Shown: one piece after another, positions 10,758-19,500 of the stretch
How positions within the stretch are numbered: the first letter of the stretch is position 1
Layout: each line of letters opens with the position of its first letter
Assembly (NCBI GenBank): GCA_964443965.1
Contig: CAYUFN010000003.1
Location: 1-45,409 of the forward strand
Reading direction: 5' to 3'
Source of the DNA: an uncultured Hyphomonas sp.
GTDB taxonomy: Bacteria > Pseudomonadota > Alphaproteobacteria > Caulobacterales > Hyphomonadaceae
Length of the DNA: 45,409 nt
Program-made: the position numbers and the translations under genes
Notes under the pieces: generated by a model
The model's input: the letters and a program-made list of their open reading frames with translations, nothing else
Told to the model about the DNA's origin: nothing
Database searches by the model: none

Positions 10758-10996
10758 CTATAATACTCTACAATTAATTGCCGGATGGCAATTTATCAAA
10801 CGCCCCAGGGGCTGGGGGGCTGATGGGTCTGGGATGCTTGATGTACATCACCTTCCGACCCCTTCAACATGGAGGTGTTGCAAGGCGGTGACAAGGTCGA
10901 AATAAGGCAATTTCGTGGCCCAGCATTAAATCGCAGCAATTTATTGCGCTTCCGAATTAATGTGGCACTATAGTTTCAGCAGAAAACAGGGCTTCT

Positions 10997-11341
10997 ATGA
11001 GTAAGATTATACCGTTTGACCCAAAATTGCCCAAGGCCAACCCGCGGGTTGTGTTGCACAGAACGGAGTTGAATAAAATTTTGAGTGTGTACGGACATAT
11101 GGTTGCGAGCGGAAAAGCGCGCGACTACGCGATTGATATGCTCGAAGATCGAGCCGTGTTCTCAATGTATAGACACGCTGCTGAAAGGCCGACTTGGCGT
11201 ATTGAGAAAATACCTGCGCTTGCGCGCAAACAAGGCGAATGGGTTATCTCGGGTATGAGCGGACAAGTGCTAAAGCGCGGGCATGACTTAAAACAAGTGC
11301 TACGGGTTTTTGAGCGGTTTCGCATGAGCATTGTTGATTAA
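10997..11341 (+). CDS. DUF2794-like conserved alphaproteobacterial protein
   Basis: 114-aa ORF; VVLHRTELNKILSVYGHMVASGKARDYAID...FSMYRHAAERPTWRIEK matches my recollection of the DUF2794 family. No search was run. Confidence 0.7.
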   Translation: MSKIIPFDPKLPKANPRVVLHRTELNKILSVYGHMVASGKARDYAIDMLEDRAVFSMYRHAAERPTWRIEKIPALARKQGEWVISGMSGQVLKRGHDLKQVLRVFERFRMSIVD

Positions 11342-11351
11342 GTTTGGGACA

Positions 11352-12713
11352 ATGATGGAACAATGGTTAACGATTTTGCCGCCTGTGCTGGCGCTGGCGC
11401 TTGCTGTCAGGACACGAAATGTCTATTGGGCGCTTGGTGGGGCAATCTGGGTTTCAGAGATGCTCATCGCCGCAGGAAATCCTTTCACAGGATTGTTGAG
11501 CAGTATTGACCGGGCAGTCAGCGTTTTTGAGAGTAGATACAATACCCGCGTACTCTTATTTTGTCTAATTATTGGAGCGCTTATTGCTTATATGCAGAAA
11601 TCCGGCGGCATTGCCGCGCTAGTTGAAAAACTGGTTCATTCAGGCGCAGCCAATACGCGCAAGAAAGCAGGTTTAGTAACAGCTTTGACGGGTAGCGCGC
11701 TGTTTATGGACACAAATGTAAGCCTGTTATCAACAGGTATTATGGGGCGGCCACTTTTTGATCATTTGAAGATGAGTCGCGAGCGCCTGGCCTATATTAT
11801 AGATTCAACATGTGCGCCGATTTCTATCCTGATCTTGATCAATGGCTGGGGCGCGTATGTTTTGGGTTTGATCGGGGGATATGGATTCGATGACCCGGTA
11901 GGCTTATTAGCGGCGACCATCCCGTTAAATTTCTATGCCTTGCTGACACTTTCTGGTGTCTATCTGACTGTTGCAACTGATAAGGTGATTGGGCCGATGA
12001 AGCATGCTGAAACGCGGGTCGAAATTGAAGTCAGTGAAGAGAGCATTATGCCAACCAAAGCACGCTTTATGGCCGTTCCCCTGTTGATTGTTGTGCTTGG
12101 TACTATCGGGTTTATGGTCTGGACGGGTCAGGGCAATATTATGGAGGGTGCGGGCGCTCAATCCATTTTGTGGGCGGTTGTCCTTGCGACCGGCGTCTCG
12201 TTCCTCTTGTTGCGCTTAAATGGCGGATACAAATCAGAATCACTAATCAAAATGGGATTTGAAGGTGTCGGCGACCTTTTACCGGCGGTTACGGTGATCT
12301 TTCTTTCTCTGGCTCTTGCAAGCAGTTTAAGTGCCCTGGGCACAGGCGCTTTCATGGCGAGCATGGCTGAGGGGTTTCCTGTTCCTGCGCTTTTGCCTGC
12401 AATTTTATTTATTTTGGCAGGCGTCACCAGTTTTGCGACGGGTACAAGCTGGGGTACATATGGTATTCTTGTGCCGATCGCGCTGCCGATTGCTATCGGT
12501 GCAAATATTCCGCCAGAGCTTGTTTTAGCGGCTGTTATGGGTGGGGGTGTTTTTGGTGACCATTGCTCCCCTATTTCTGATACCTCGATAATAGCGAGTT
12601 TTGCGGCAGGAACCGATCATATAAGTCATGTGCAAACCCAGCTGCCCTATGCATTGATCGGCGCATTAGGAGCAGCTTTGCTGTATATAGTTGCGGGATT
12701 CTTGATGGTTTAA
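11352..12713 (+). CDS. Na+/H+ antiporter NhaC-family membrane transporter
   Basis: Polytopic membrane ORF with the GDHCSPISDTSI motif typical of the NhaC-family C-terminal domain. I prefer the ATG at 11352 over the TTG at 11331, which would overlap the upstream stop codon. Confidence 0.8.
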   Translation: MMEQWLTILPPVLALALAVRTRNVYWALGGAIWVSEMLIAAGNPFTGLLSSIDRAVSVFESRYNTRVLLFCLIIGALIAYMQKSGGIAALVEKLVHSGAANTRKKAGLVTALTGSALFMDTNVSLLSTGIMGRPLFDHLKMSRERLAYIIDSTCAPISILILINGWGAYVLGLIGGYGFDDPVGLLAATIPLNFYALLTLSGVYLTVATDKVIGPMKHAETRVEIEVSEESIMPTKARFMAVPLLIVVLGTIGFMVWTGQGNIMEGAGAQSILWAVVLATGVSFLLLRLNGGYKSESLIKMGFEGVGDLLPAVTVIFLSLALASSLSALGTGAFMASMAEGFPVPALLPAILFILAGVTSFATGTSWGTYGILVPIALPIAIGANIPPELVLAAVMGGGVFGDHCSPISDTSIIASFAAGTDHISHVQTQLPYALIGALGAALLYIVAGFLMV

Positions 12714-13398
12714 TCCACTCTATCGTACTTAGTTTGGCCTTTCGGGAGCAGGGAAAAAGCGCCGATTAAAGGTTTGAGACCAAGCAAGTGTCAGCTTATA
12801 TGCCTCTCAACATGCATAAGTTGACCTATGGTGATAAGGTTATGTGACTGTTTTGCAATGCGGCCCTTCAGCCAAAGCGAGGGGCGGTATGCGTTCAACA
12901 GTTTTAGGCGTTTGAAATAGCATTTCAGCTTGGATAAAGCGTAGCTTTATTGTGACGCATCGCTCAGGACCCTTCGTAGAGATGCTGGGATGTGAGTAAT
13001 TTAGCATTACGACCTGCAGCAGTGCACACGCCTGGAGGGCATGGCATGCGGTCGCTTGGTAGTTTTTTTGCACTTAGGCGTGTGGGGTTTCTTTGCGCCT
13101 TAAGCGAAAACTTTTTACCCCCTATGGGCTCTGTAAATTCAAACTTACTCCGCCTCTGGAATATTCGCTTAAGGGTTGCAGGTAATTATCATCTGCATAC
13201 GGCTTAATTGCAGCCTTCATAATTAGTTAATTTTAATGAGACCTTAACACTAACTTAGAAAAAGTATTAACCACAAGATGTCAGTTTTAGTATGACTTTT
13301 AATATTTTAGCCCTACTCAATACGTTGTTATTAAGCATGGTATGACGAGGTATTCCGCTTAAAATGATGTGGTATGACCAGTTTCGGCATGGGCTTTT

Positions 13399-14052
13399 TT
13401 AGCTGGTGACACCTGTCCCAATTGGACAAAATACGCCTGTACCTCCAAGGCCACAATAACCGCCAGGGTTTTTGTCCAGGTATTGCTGGTGTTCTTCTTC
13501 GGCATAATAAAAGGATTTTGCAGGCGAAATTTCAGTTGTTATCGTTCCGGAATGACCTGCTGCCTGCAGGGCCTCCTGATAATCCACCTTTGCTTGGTGG
13601 GCAAGCGTGCCTTGCGTTTCGGTTGTGTAATAAATGGCTGAGCGGTATTGCGTGCCGACATCATTTCCTTGCCGCATACCCTGCGTTGGATCATGGCTTT
13701 CCCAGAAGACTTTCAATATCGCTTCAAAGCTAATTTCTGCGGGATCATATATGACCCGCACTGCTTCAGTATGACCAGTCCTGCCTGAGCAGACTTCACG
13801 ATAAGTGGCGTTAGGGGTATGACCGCCCGCATAGCCCACCGCTGTTAACCAGATGCCCGACATTTGCCAGAACTTACGCTCAGCCCCCCAGAAGCACCCT
13901 AAGCCAAACCATGCCTCCTCAAAACCTTCCGGACACGGAGAGTGCAGCTCACGGTTGAATAGGGTGTGGAATGTGACGTCAAGGATGGATGTTTGCCGTC
14001 CAGGCAAAGCGTTTTCAGGGGTTGGAATAGCAGCAGACTTCTTTGTAAACAA
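13399..14052 (-). CDS. msrA: peptide-methionine (S)-S-oxide reductase MsrA
   Basis: ALPGRQT...[14 protein letters not shown] catalytic motif and full-length similarity to E. coli-type MsrA. No signal peptide. Confidence 0.95.
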   Translation of the reverse strand: MFTKKSAAIPTPENALPGRQTSILDVTFHTLFNRELHSPCPEGFEEAWFGLGCFWGAERKFWQMSGIWLTAVGYAGGHTPNATYREVCSGRTGHTEAVRVIYDPAEISFEAILKVFWESHDPTQGMRQGNDVGTQYRSAIYYTTETQGTLAHQAKVDYQEALQAAGHSGTITTEISPAKSFYYAEEEHQQYLDKNPGGYCGLGGTGVFCPIGTGVTS

Positions 14053-14135
14053 AACAGGCTCCGATCTTAAGACTTTTTCTATCTAGGCCTTATGTAAAGG
14101 GAACGCAATTCACGTTGTTATTGCCATAGAAGGGC

Positions 14136-14163
14136 TTGCACAGATTGGCAGGGGGGCTATAAG
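14136..14163 (+). promoter_or_regulatory. putative sigma70-type promoter of tRNA-Ser
   Basis: TTGCAC (14136..14141), a 16-nt spacer, then TATAAG (14158..14163). The hexamer ends 12 nt before the mature tRNA 5' end. Confidence 0.4.
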
Positions 14164-14175
14164 GCGCTCACAATT

Positions 14176-14265
14176 GGTGAGGTGGCCGAGTGGTCGAAGG
14201 CGCACGCCTGGAAAGTGTGTAGGCAGGCAACTGTCTCCAGGGTTCGAATCCCTGTCTCACCGCCA
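14176..14265 (+). tRNA. tRNA-Ser (anticodon GGA)
   Basis: GGTGAGG acceptor stem pairs with CCTCACC, followed by a discriminator G and encoded CCA. The anticodon stem CACGC/GTGTG carries loop CTGGAAA. There is a long variable arm, and the T-arm is GGTTCGAATCC. Confidence 0.95.
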
Positions 14266-14415
14266 GTATTTTGCTCTCTGTGTAGCATATATCGGCGTCA
14301 GTTCACGCTGATTTGATAGCAAAACCCACCTGCATAGCCGCGTATTTTATAGATCATTAACCGCGATACGGCATCCTGTTTCGGTAGTTAGACATATCAC
14401 GCAACTGGAGACATC

Positions 14416-14898
14416 ATGTTACGCTCAGCTCTTTTAGCAACCATCATGTTTGGTTCTGCCTATACGCCTGCTTTTGCACAGGAATTTACGGCAGTCTCAA
14501 CGATTGAACGGATGGTAACCACCGAAAATGCCGATGGAAGTGTTTCAGTAGAATTTCTGAAGGCCGAACGGGTAACCCCAGGGGAAAACCTCTATTATCA
14601 GCTCATTTACAACAATGCATCATCGGAGAATATCGAGGATGCAAGCCTGGTCATGAATGTGCCGCCAGAAGTGACTTATTCTGAAAATAGTGCAGAGATT
14701 GCAGGTAAAGACGTTCAGGTGTCCTTTTCAACTGATGGCGGACAGACATATGCTCCCCGAGGCGAGCTGAAAGTAACAATTGGCGGCCAGCCCCGCGCAG
14801 CAGTTTCTGAAGATATTACAAATATACGCTGGACCTTTAACGAGCCAATTGCGCCAGAAACAGAAGGCTCAGTGGGGTTTACAGCGATCGTTCGTTAA
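14416..14898 (+). CDS. small secreted single-domain DUF11-like protein (P1)
   Basis: Signal peptide MLRSALLATIMFGSAYTPAFA|QE and a GGAGA Shine-Dalgarno 5 nt upstream. PGENLYYQLIYNNASSENIEDASLVMNVPPEVTY fits the DUF11/TIGR01451 repeat pattern (PGd.v.Y.i...N.g...a.nv.v.d.lP.gl.y). Confidence 0.75.
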   Translation: MLRSALLATIMFGSAYTPAFAQEFTAVSTIERMVTTENADGSVSVEFLKAERVTPGENLYYQLIYNNASSENIEDASLVMNVPPEVTYSENSAEIAGKDVQVSFSTDGGQTYAPRGELKVTIGGQPRAAVSEDITNIRWTFNEPIAPETEGSVGFTAIVR

Positions 14899-14926
14899 CG
14901 CTGTAATCTACCGATTCTATTACACA

Positions 14927-14953
14927 AATGCGGGTCCCATTGGGGCCCGCATT
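14927..14953 (+). terminator. strong stem-loop after P1 (terminator or attenuating hairpin)
   Basis: AATGCGGGTCCC / GGGGCCCGCATT forms a 12-bp stem (one G-U pair) 29 nt after the stop codon. The downstream T-tract is weak (CATATTT). Confidence 0.55.
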
Positions 14954-15083
14954 CATATTTACATTAACACTTGTTTTTAATGCTTTTTTTGCCAGATAGC
15001 GTGGTTTTTCTTGGTTAAATTAGCCGCATTTTAAGCTTTTTTAGGTACTCACAGCGGGTAGATTAGTCTGGAGAGGCCACACA

Positions 15084-16388
15084 ATGCTAGAAATAACAAA
15101 CCGCGCACACATGCCGCGCTCAATCAGAATGTTAACTGCGCTAGGGGCTGTAATGGCCTTTGCTGGCGCTGCACACGCTCAAGGCACCGATGCTGGACGC
15201 ACGGTTTCAAACACATTTACGCTGGACTACAGCGTCAACGATACACCTCAACCGCCAATCACTAATGAAGGGGGTGTACCTGGTGCGCCAGATGGCCCGA
15301 CCGTCTTCACCGTAGATCGGCTTATTGACTTGACCTTGACTGAAACCAATTCACCTCAACTTGTCGCGCCTGGGACACTTATTGCCGTTGATGGCGGCGG
15401 TGCATTGACATCCGATCCTGATCTTCAGCCGACTGTGCTGTCATACACTGTGACGAATACGGGTAACGACAATCAAGCTTATTCATTCGATATCTCAAGC
15501 CCAACTGGTACTTTTGCTGCAACCGGCTTTCGTATCTTTTACGAGGACGCTGCAGGTAATTTTGTAGAGCTTGCGGAGGTGGCTGCTGGATCTGGAGCGA
15601 CAACTCAAGTTACCGAAGACATTCCAGCTGGCGAAACGCGTAATATTTTTGTCCTTGCCGATATTCCTGCTGGTGCGAACAATAATGAGTTCGACGACAT
15701 TATCCTAACGGCTGAAACACGCGATCCAGAGTTTTGGGCGTTTGAGGGCCAGTTCACCACAGGGTTCAATCCTGATGGCACGGTCAATACGACGCCAGTC
15801 GCAGCACCTTCGCCGAATGCAACAGCTGGTGAAACAACAGGAAACGATGCTGGTGGCGCAAACGACCTCGTCAACGCCGCACAAAACGTCTTTGCTGATG
15901 GATCTGGTACAGCTGATGGAGACGCGGACGGTTTGTTCTCCGATACTGCGCAATACATCATTGCGGCACCAAATCTAACAGGTGTCAAAACGGTTGCCGT
16001 TATTGCAACAGACGGTGCGGCGATTACCTGTGGTGATTTCAGTGTAGCTGCTGTTTCTCCAAACGAGTTCACCACACCGGGTGCTTGTGTTGAATACACA
16101 ATTACAGTCACAAATAATGGTGCTGATGATGGCGCTGGGAACCCGCTACCTGCAGCGTCTGTTCTGGCAACTGGTATTGACGTTGTCGATATCTTGCCAC
16201 CGGAGCTTACATTCCTAAGTGCGCAGGCTCTTGGCTTTACTGTGGCGCCTACAGCTGATGCTCCGCCAACTGCAAATACTGTCTGTGATGGTACTGCTGG
16301 AACATGCCGTGTCGCATTTATCGATGGCGAACTAGCAGCTGATCCAGCTGCGCCCGGAGCAGTTGTTATAAGGGCACTCGTTCAGTAA
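15084..16388 (+). CDS. secreted protein with C-terminal DUF11-like domain (P2)
   Basis: Signal peptide ...LTALGAVMAFAGAAHA|QG and a GGAGAGG Shine-Dalgarno 7 nt upstream. The C-terminal module PGACVEYTITVTNNGADDG...VVDILPPELTFLS is DUF11-like. The protein is Thr/Ala/Gly/Asp-rich with paired cysteines. Confidence 0.8.
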   Translation: MLEITNRAHMPRSIRMLTALGAVMAFAGAAHAQGTDAGRTVSNTFTLDYSVNDTPQPPITNEGGVPGAPDGPTVFTVDRLIDLTLTETNSPQLVAPGTLIAVDGGGALTSDPDLQPTVLSYTVTNTGNDNQAYSFDISSPTGTFAATGFRIFYEDAAGNFVELAEVAAGSGATTQVTEDIPAGETRNIFVLADIPAGANNNEFDDIILTAETRDPEFWAFEGQFTTGFNPDGTVNTTPVAAPSPNATAGETTGNDAGGANDLVNAAQNVFADGSGTADGDADGLFSDTAQYIIAAPNLTGVKTVAVIATDGAAITCGDFSVAAVSPNEFTTPGACVEYTITVTNNGADDGAGNPLPAASVLATGIDVVDILPPELTFLSAQALGFTVAPTADAPPTANTVCDGTAGTCRVAFIDGELAADPAAPGAVVIRALVQ

Positions 16389-16417
16389 TCTGAATATAAA
16401 ATAACACTATTAAAAAC

Positions 16418-16458
16418 AAGGCTCTCGCGCTGTAAAAAGTGCGGGAGCCTTATCATTT
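16418..16458 (+). terminator. rho-independent terminator after P2
   Basis: AAGGCTCTCGC / GCGGGAGCCTT forms an 11-bp stem with a 12-nt loop, followed by ATCATTTT. Confidence 0.65.
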
Positions 16459-16578
16459 TCAAGGGCTTTCTAAGCGGATTGTTAACTCTGTTGAGGTATG
16501 ATCTGTACAAGTTGCGAGTAGTCGAAAACGGCACCGCTGAATAAAGCGCCCAAAGAGGCGCGGGTTGATGAATGGGTT

Positions 16579-19500
16579 ATGATGATGGGCTTCCTCCCAA
16601 ATCTCATACGTGTATGGTGCGTAATGTTATGTGCGATGGTCTGGATGCCAATCGCACCCGTGCACGCTCAGCCAGCTACTGGCACTGAGATTCGAAATAC
16701 CGCAACGGTCTCATTTAATCAGGGCGCAGGGCGTCTGACCCTTACAACAAATGAAGTTGTCCTGGTGCTTGAAGCAGCGCGCACAGCATCCACAATTGAA
16801 TTTTTCCGCTTCGCCCCAAACTCAGATGTCGGCATTACGACGATGATCAATGGAAGTCAGTTTAGCCCATTGGGAGACCTGAACGGGCCTTTTATAGGTA
16901 TCGGCCCGCCAATATCCTCTAACGGACTTTTACTTGATCTTTCCGGCCCTGTGACCCTTACATCAGCGACACGCTATTTGGCTGGTGAGCTGATGTTCAT
17001 CCGTGTTCAAGACCCAGGCCAAAATAGCTCTCCGTCAATTATTGAAACTTTGACTGTTCGCGTTACTGCAAGCACAGGCGATGAAATCGTCTTGCAGTTA
17101 TTTGAATCTGGCCCCGATACAGGTGAGTTCTTTGCTTATATTCCATCTTCGCCCGACCCTACAGAGCTAAATGATAATACATTATCTACACCAGACAACA
17201 CACAACTGACCGCAACTTATGCGGATTCCTTTGATGCTAGCGATATTTCGATAGATACCGCTATTATTGATCCGTTTAGTCGAGTATTTGATAGTATTAC
17301 CGGCGAGCTTCTCAATAATGTTCGGGTCACGATTGTGGACTTGGATACTGGGCAGCCGGCAGATGTCTGGGGTGTGGCCGGTGTATCCAGTTTCCCGTCA
17401 ACTGTTGAGACAGGGACAATTGCGATTGATAGCGGCGGCCTGCAATATCCGCTTGGGCCTGGTGAGTTTGTCTTTCCTGTCTTGGAAGAAGGCAATTATG
17501 AGCTGCAACTCGCGACCCCGGAAGGCTATGTCTTTGCCTCCATTCTTACAAATGGGCCGTTTGATACCCTCGATAACGCACCATTCAGGGTTATTCCGGG
17601 CTCATTTGGGGAAAGTTTTCGTGTTGAGGAACTTGGACCTTTAAACTTTGATGTGCCCCTTGACGGCGTAGGTGAGCTTGTTGTGACAAAAGAGGCGGCC
17701 ACCAGCGTTGGCGCTGTGGGTGACTTTGTTCCCTATACCGTAAATATTGAGAACAGAAATGAAGCTGCGGTTGTTTTGCGGGTGCGAGATGTTTTACCAC
17801 AAGGCTTGCGCTATCAGGAGGGAACGGCGCGACTTGATGGAGTATCTATTTCGGATCCAGATATATCGCTCGATGGATCTACACTTACGTTCGATGGAGG
17901 CGTGATAAGATCGGCTGAGTCTGCTGCGCTGACCTATGTTGCGTTAGTGTCTGCTGGCACGCCTTTAGGTGAGGCTGTGAACGAGGCTTTTGCCCTTGAT
18001 GGAGCAGGGAATACAATTTCCAATCGCGCAGAGGCGGCAATTATTATTCAAGAAGATTTATTGCGGTCAACGCTGACCATCATCGGGCGTGTGGCTGAGG
18101 ATGCCTGCCGCCCAGACCAGGAGTGGGCGCGTGATATTGAGAATGGTATCGGCGTTGGAGGTGTTCGCCTCTACCTGGAAACTGGCGATTATGTTGTGAC
18201 AGATGAAGATGGCCTCTATCATTTTGAGAACGTGCTGCCAGGCACGCATGTCGTGCAAGTTGATGAAGAAACACTACCAAAAGGTTATGAGCCAGTTATC
18301 TGCGAAGAAAATACGCAGTATGCAGGCAGCGCGATCTCTAAATTTGTAGATGCGACAGGTGGGACGATCTGGCGGGCAAACTTCTATCTGGAGCGCACAG
18401 GAGATTTGGAGGTCGAAGAGATTGATGAGCAATTCAGCGATGGCCTGGAATATCTTGAATTTGACGATACCTGGCTTGATGAACAAGATGACGCTGTTGA
18501 ATGGGTGTATCCTGACACAACTCGCACGCCCTCTACGCTGAGTGTCAATATCGGTATCAAGCATGGCGCTTTTGATCGCGTAAAAATGACACTTAACGGC
18601 CAGCCTGTACCAAGCTTAAATTTTGGTGGGACTGACACGTCGTCGAACCGTCAAGTTGCGATAAGTAGGTGGCGTGGGCTGGATATCCTTAAAGGACGCA
18701 ACATTGTTAAGGCTGTTGTTGAAGATCAATTTGGAAATGTGCGCACCGAACTAAGTAAAGATATAAGATTTATATCTGAGGTCGAAAGCGCTACTCTGGT
18801 TGATGATCAATCAAGACTTGTGGCTGATGGGCGAACAAATCCTGTTATTGCGGTACGCTTAACAAACTCAGCTGGCCGTGCGGTTCATGCTGGTCGTCAG
18901 GTAAATATAGACCTTGCGCCGCCATATCGCCTGCAAAGTACTGAAAACTTTGAAGGGCAGGCGGCTGTGGACGCTGCATTGTCAACCACAGCGAGCGTCG
19001 AGGTTGGGCCTGATGGGATCGCATATGTCCAGCTGGCTCCAACTCTGGAGACTGGCAAGGCGCGCCTGTTCGTCACGCTGGATAATGCACCACAAGAGGA
19101 AATTGAAGTCTTCTTGCGCCCTGAGAAACGCGACTGGATTCTCGTTGGCCTCGCTGAAGGCTCTCTTGGGTTAGAACGCCTTGATGGACCAGGTACGATT
19201 GACGCGAACGATCTTCTCAATGAAGGGCGCCTGGCCTTCTTTGCCAAAGGTGTGATCAAGGGTGACTGGCTGCTGACGCTGGCTGTGGATACAGCCAAGC
19301 GTCGCGGGGATGCCGATGGGGATCTTTTTGGAGGCCAAATTGATCCAAATGCATTCTATACCCTCTATGGCGACCGAACTTTCCAGGATAAAGAAGCTGA
19401 GAGTCGTTACCCGCTTTACGTCAAGCTGGAGAAGGGAACGTTCCAGGTCTTGTTTGGCGACTATGATACTGATTTGAATGATACCCAACTTGGTCGTTAT

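Noticed and set aside
10759-10764. Plus-strand TATAAT hexamer as the promoter -10 for the DUF2794 gene
   Set aside because: There is no acceptable -35 element at 16-18 nt (AACCCC/TAACCC), and the hexamer lies about 230 nt from the start codon. It is too weak to annotate.
12840-13207. ORFs 12840..13073 (-) and 12992..13207 (+) in the nhaC-msrA gap
   Set aside because: They overlap each other on opposite strands, show no recognisable motifs and have atypical composition. Only the 53-aa sub-frame with a Shine-Dalgarno is kept as a low-priority note in the findings.
15605-16111. Minus-strand 168-aa ORF and other antisense ORFs within P2, P3 and P4 (e.g. 18897..19298, 22922..23425, 24077..24562)
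   Set aside because: They are antisense to long, motif-bearing secreted-protein frames. The low-complexity Ser/Ala/Thr/Pro composition mirrors the sense-strand codon bias.
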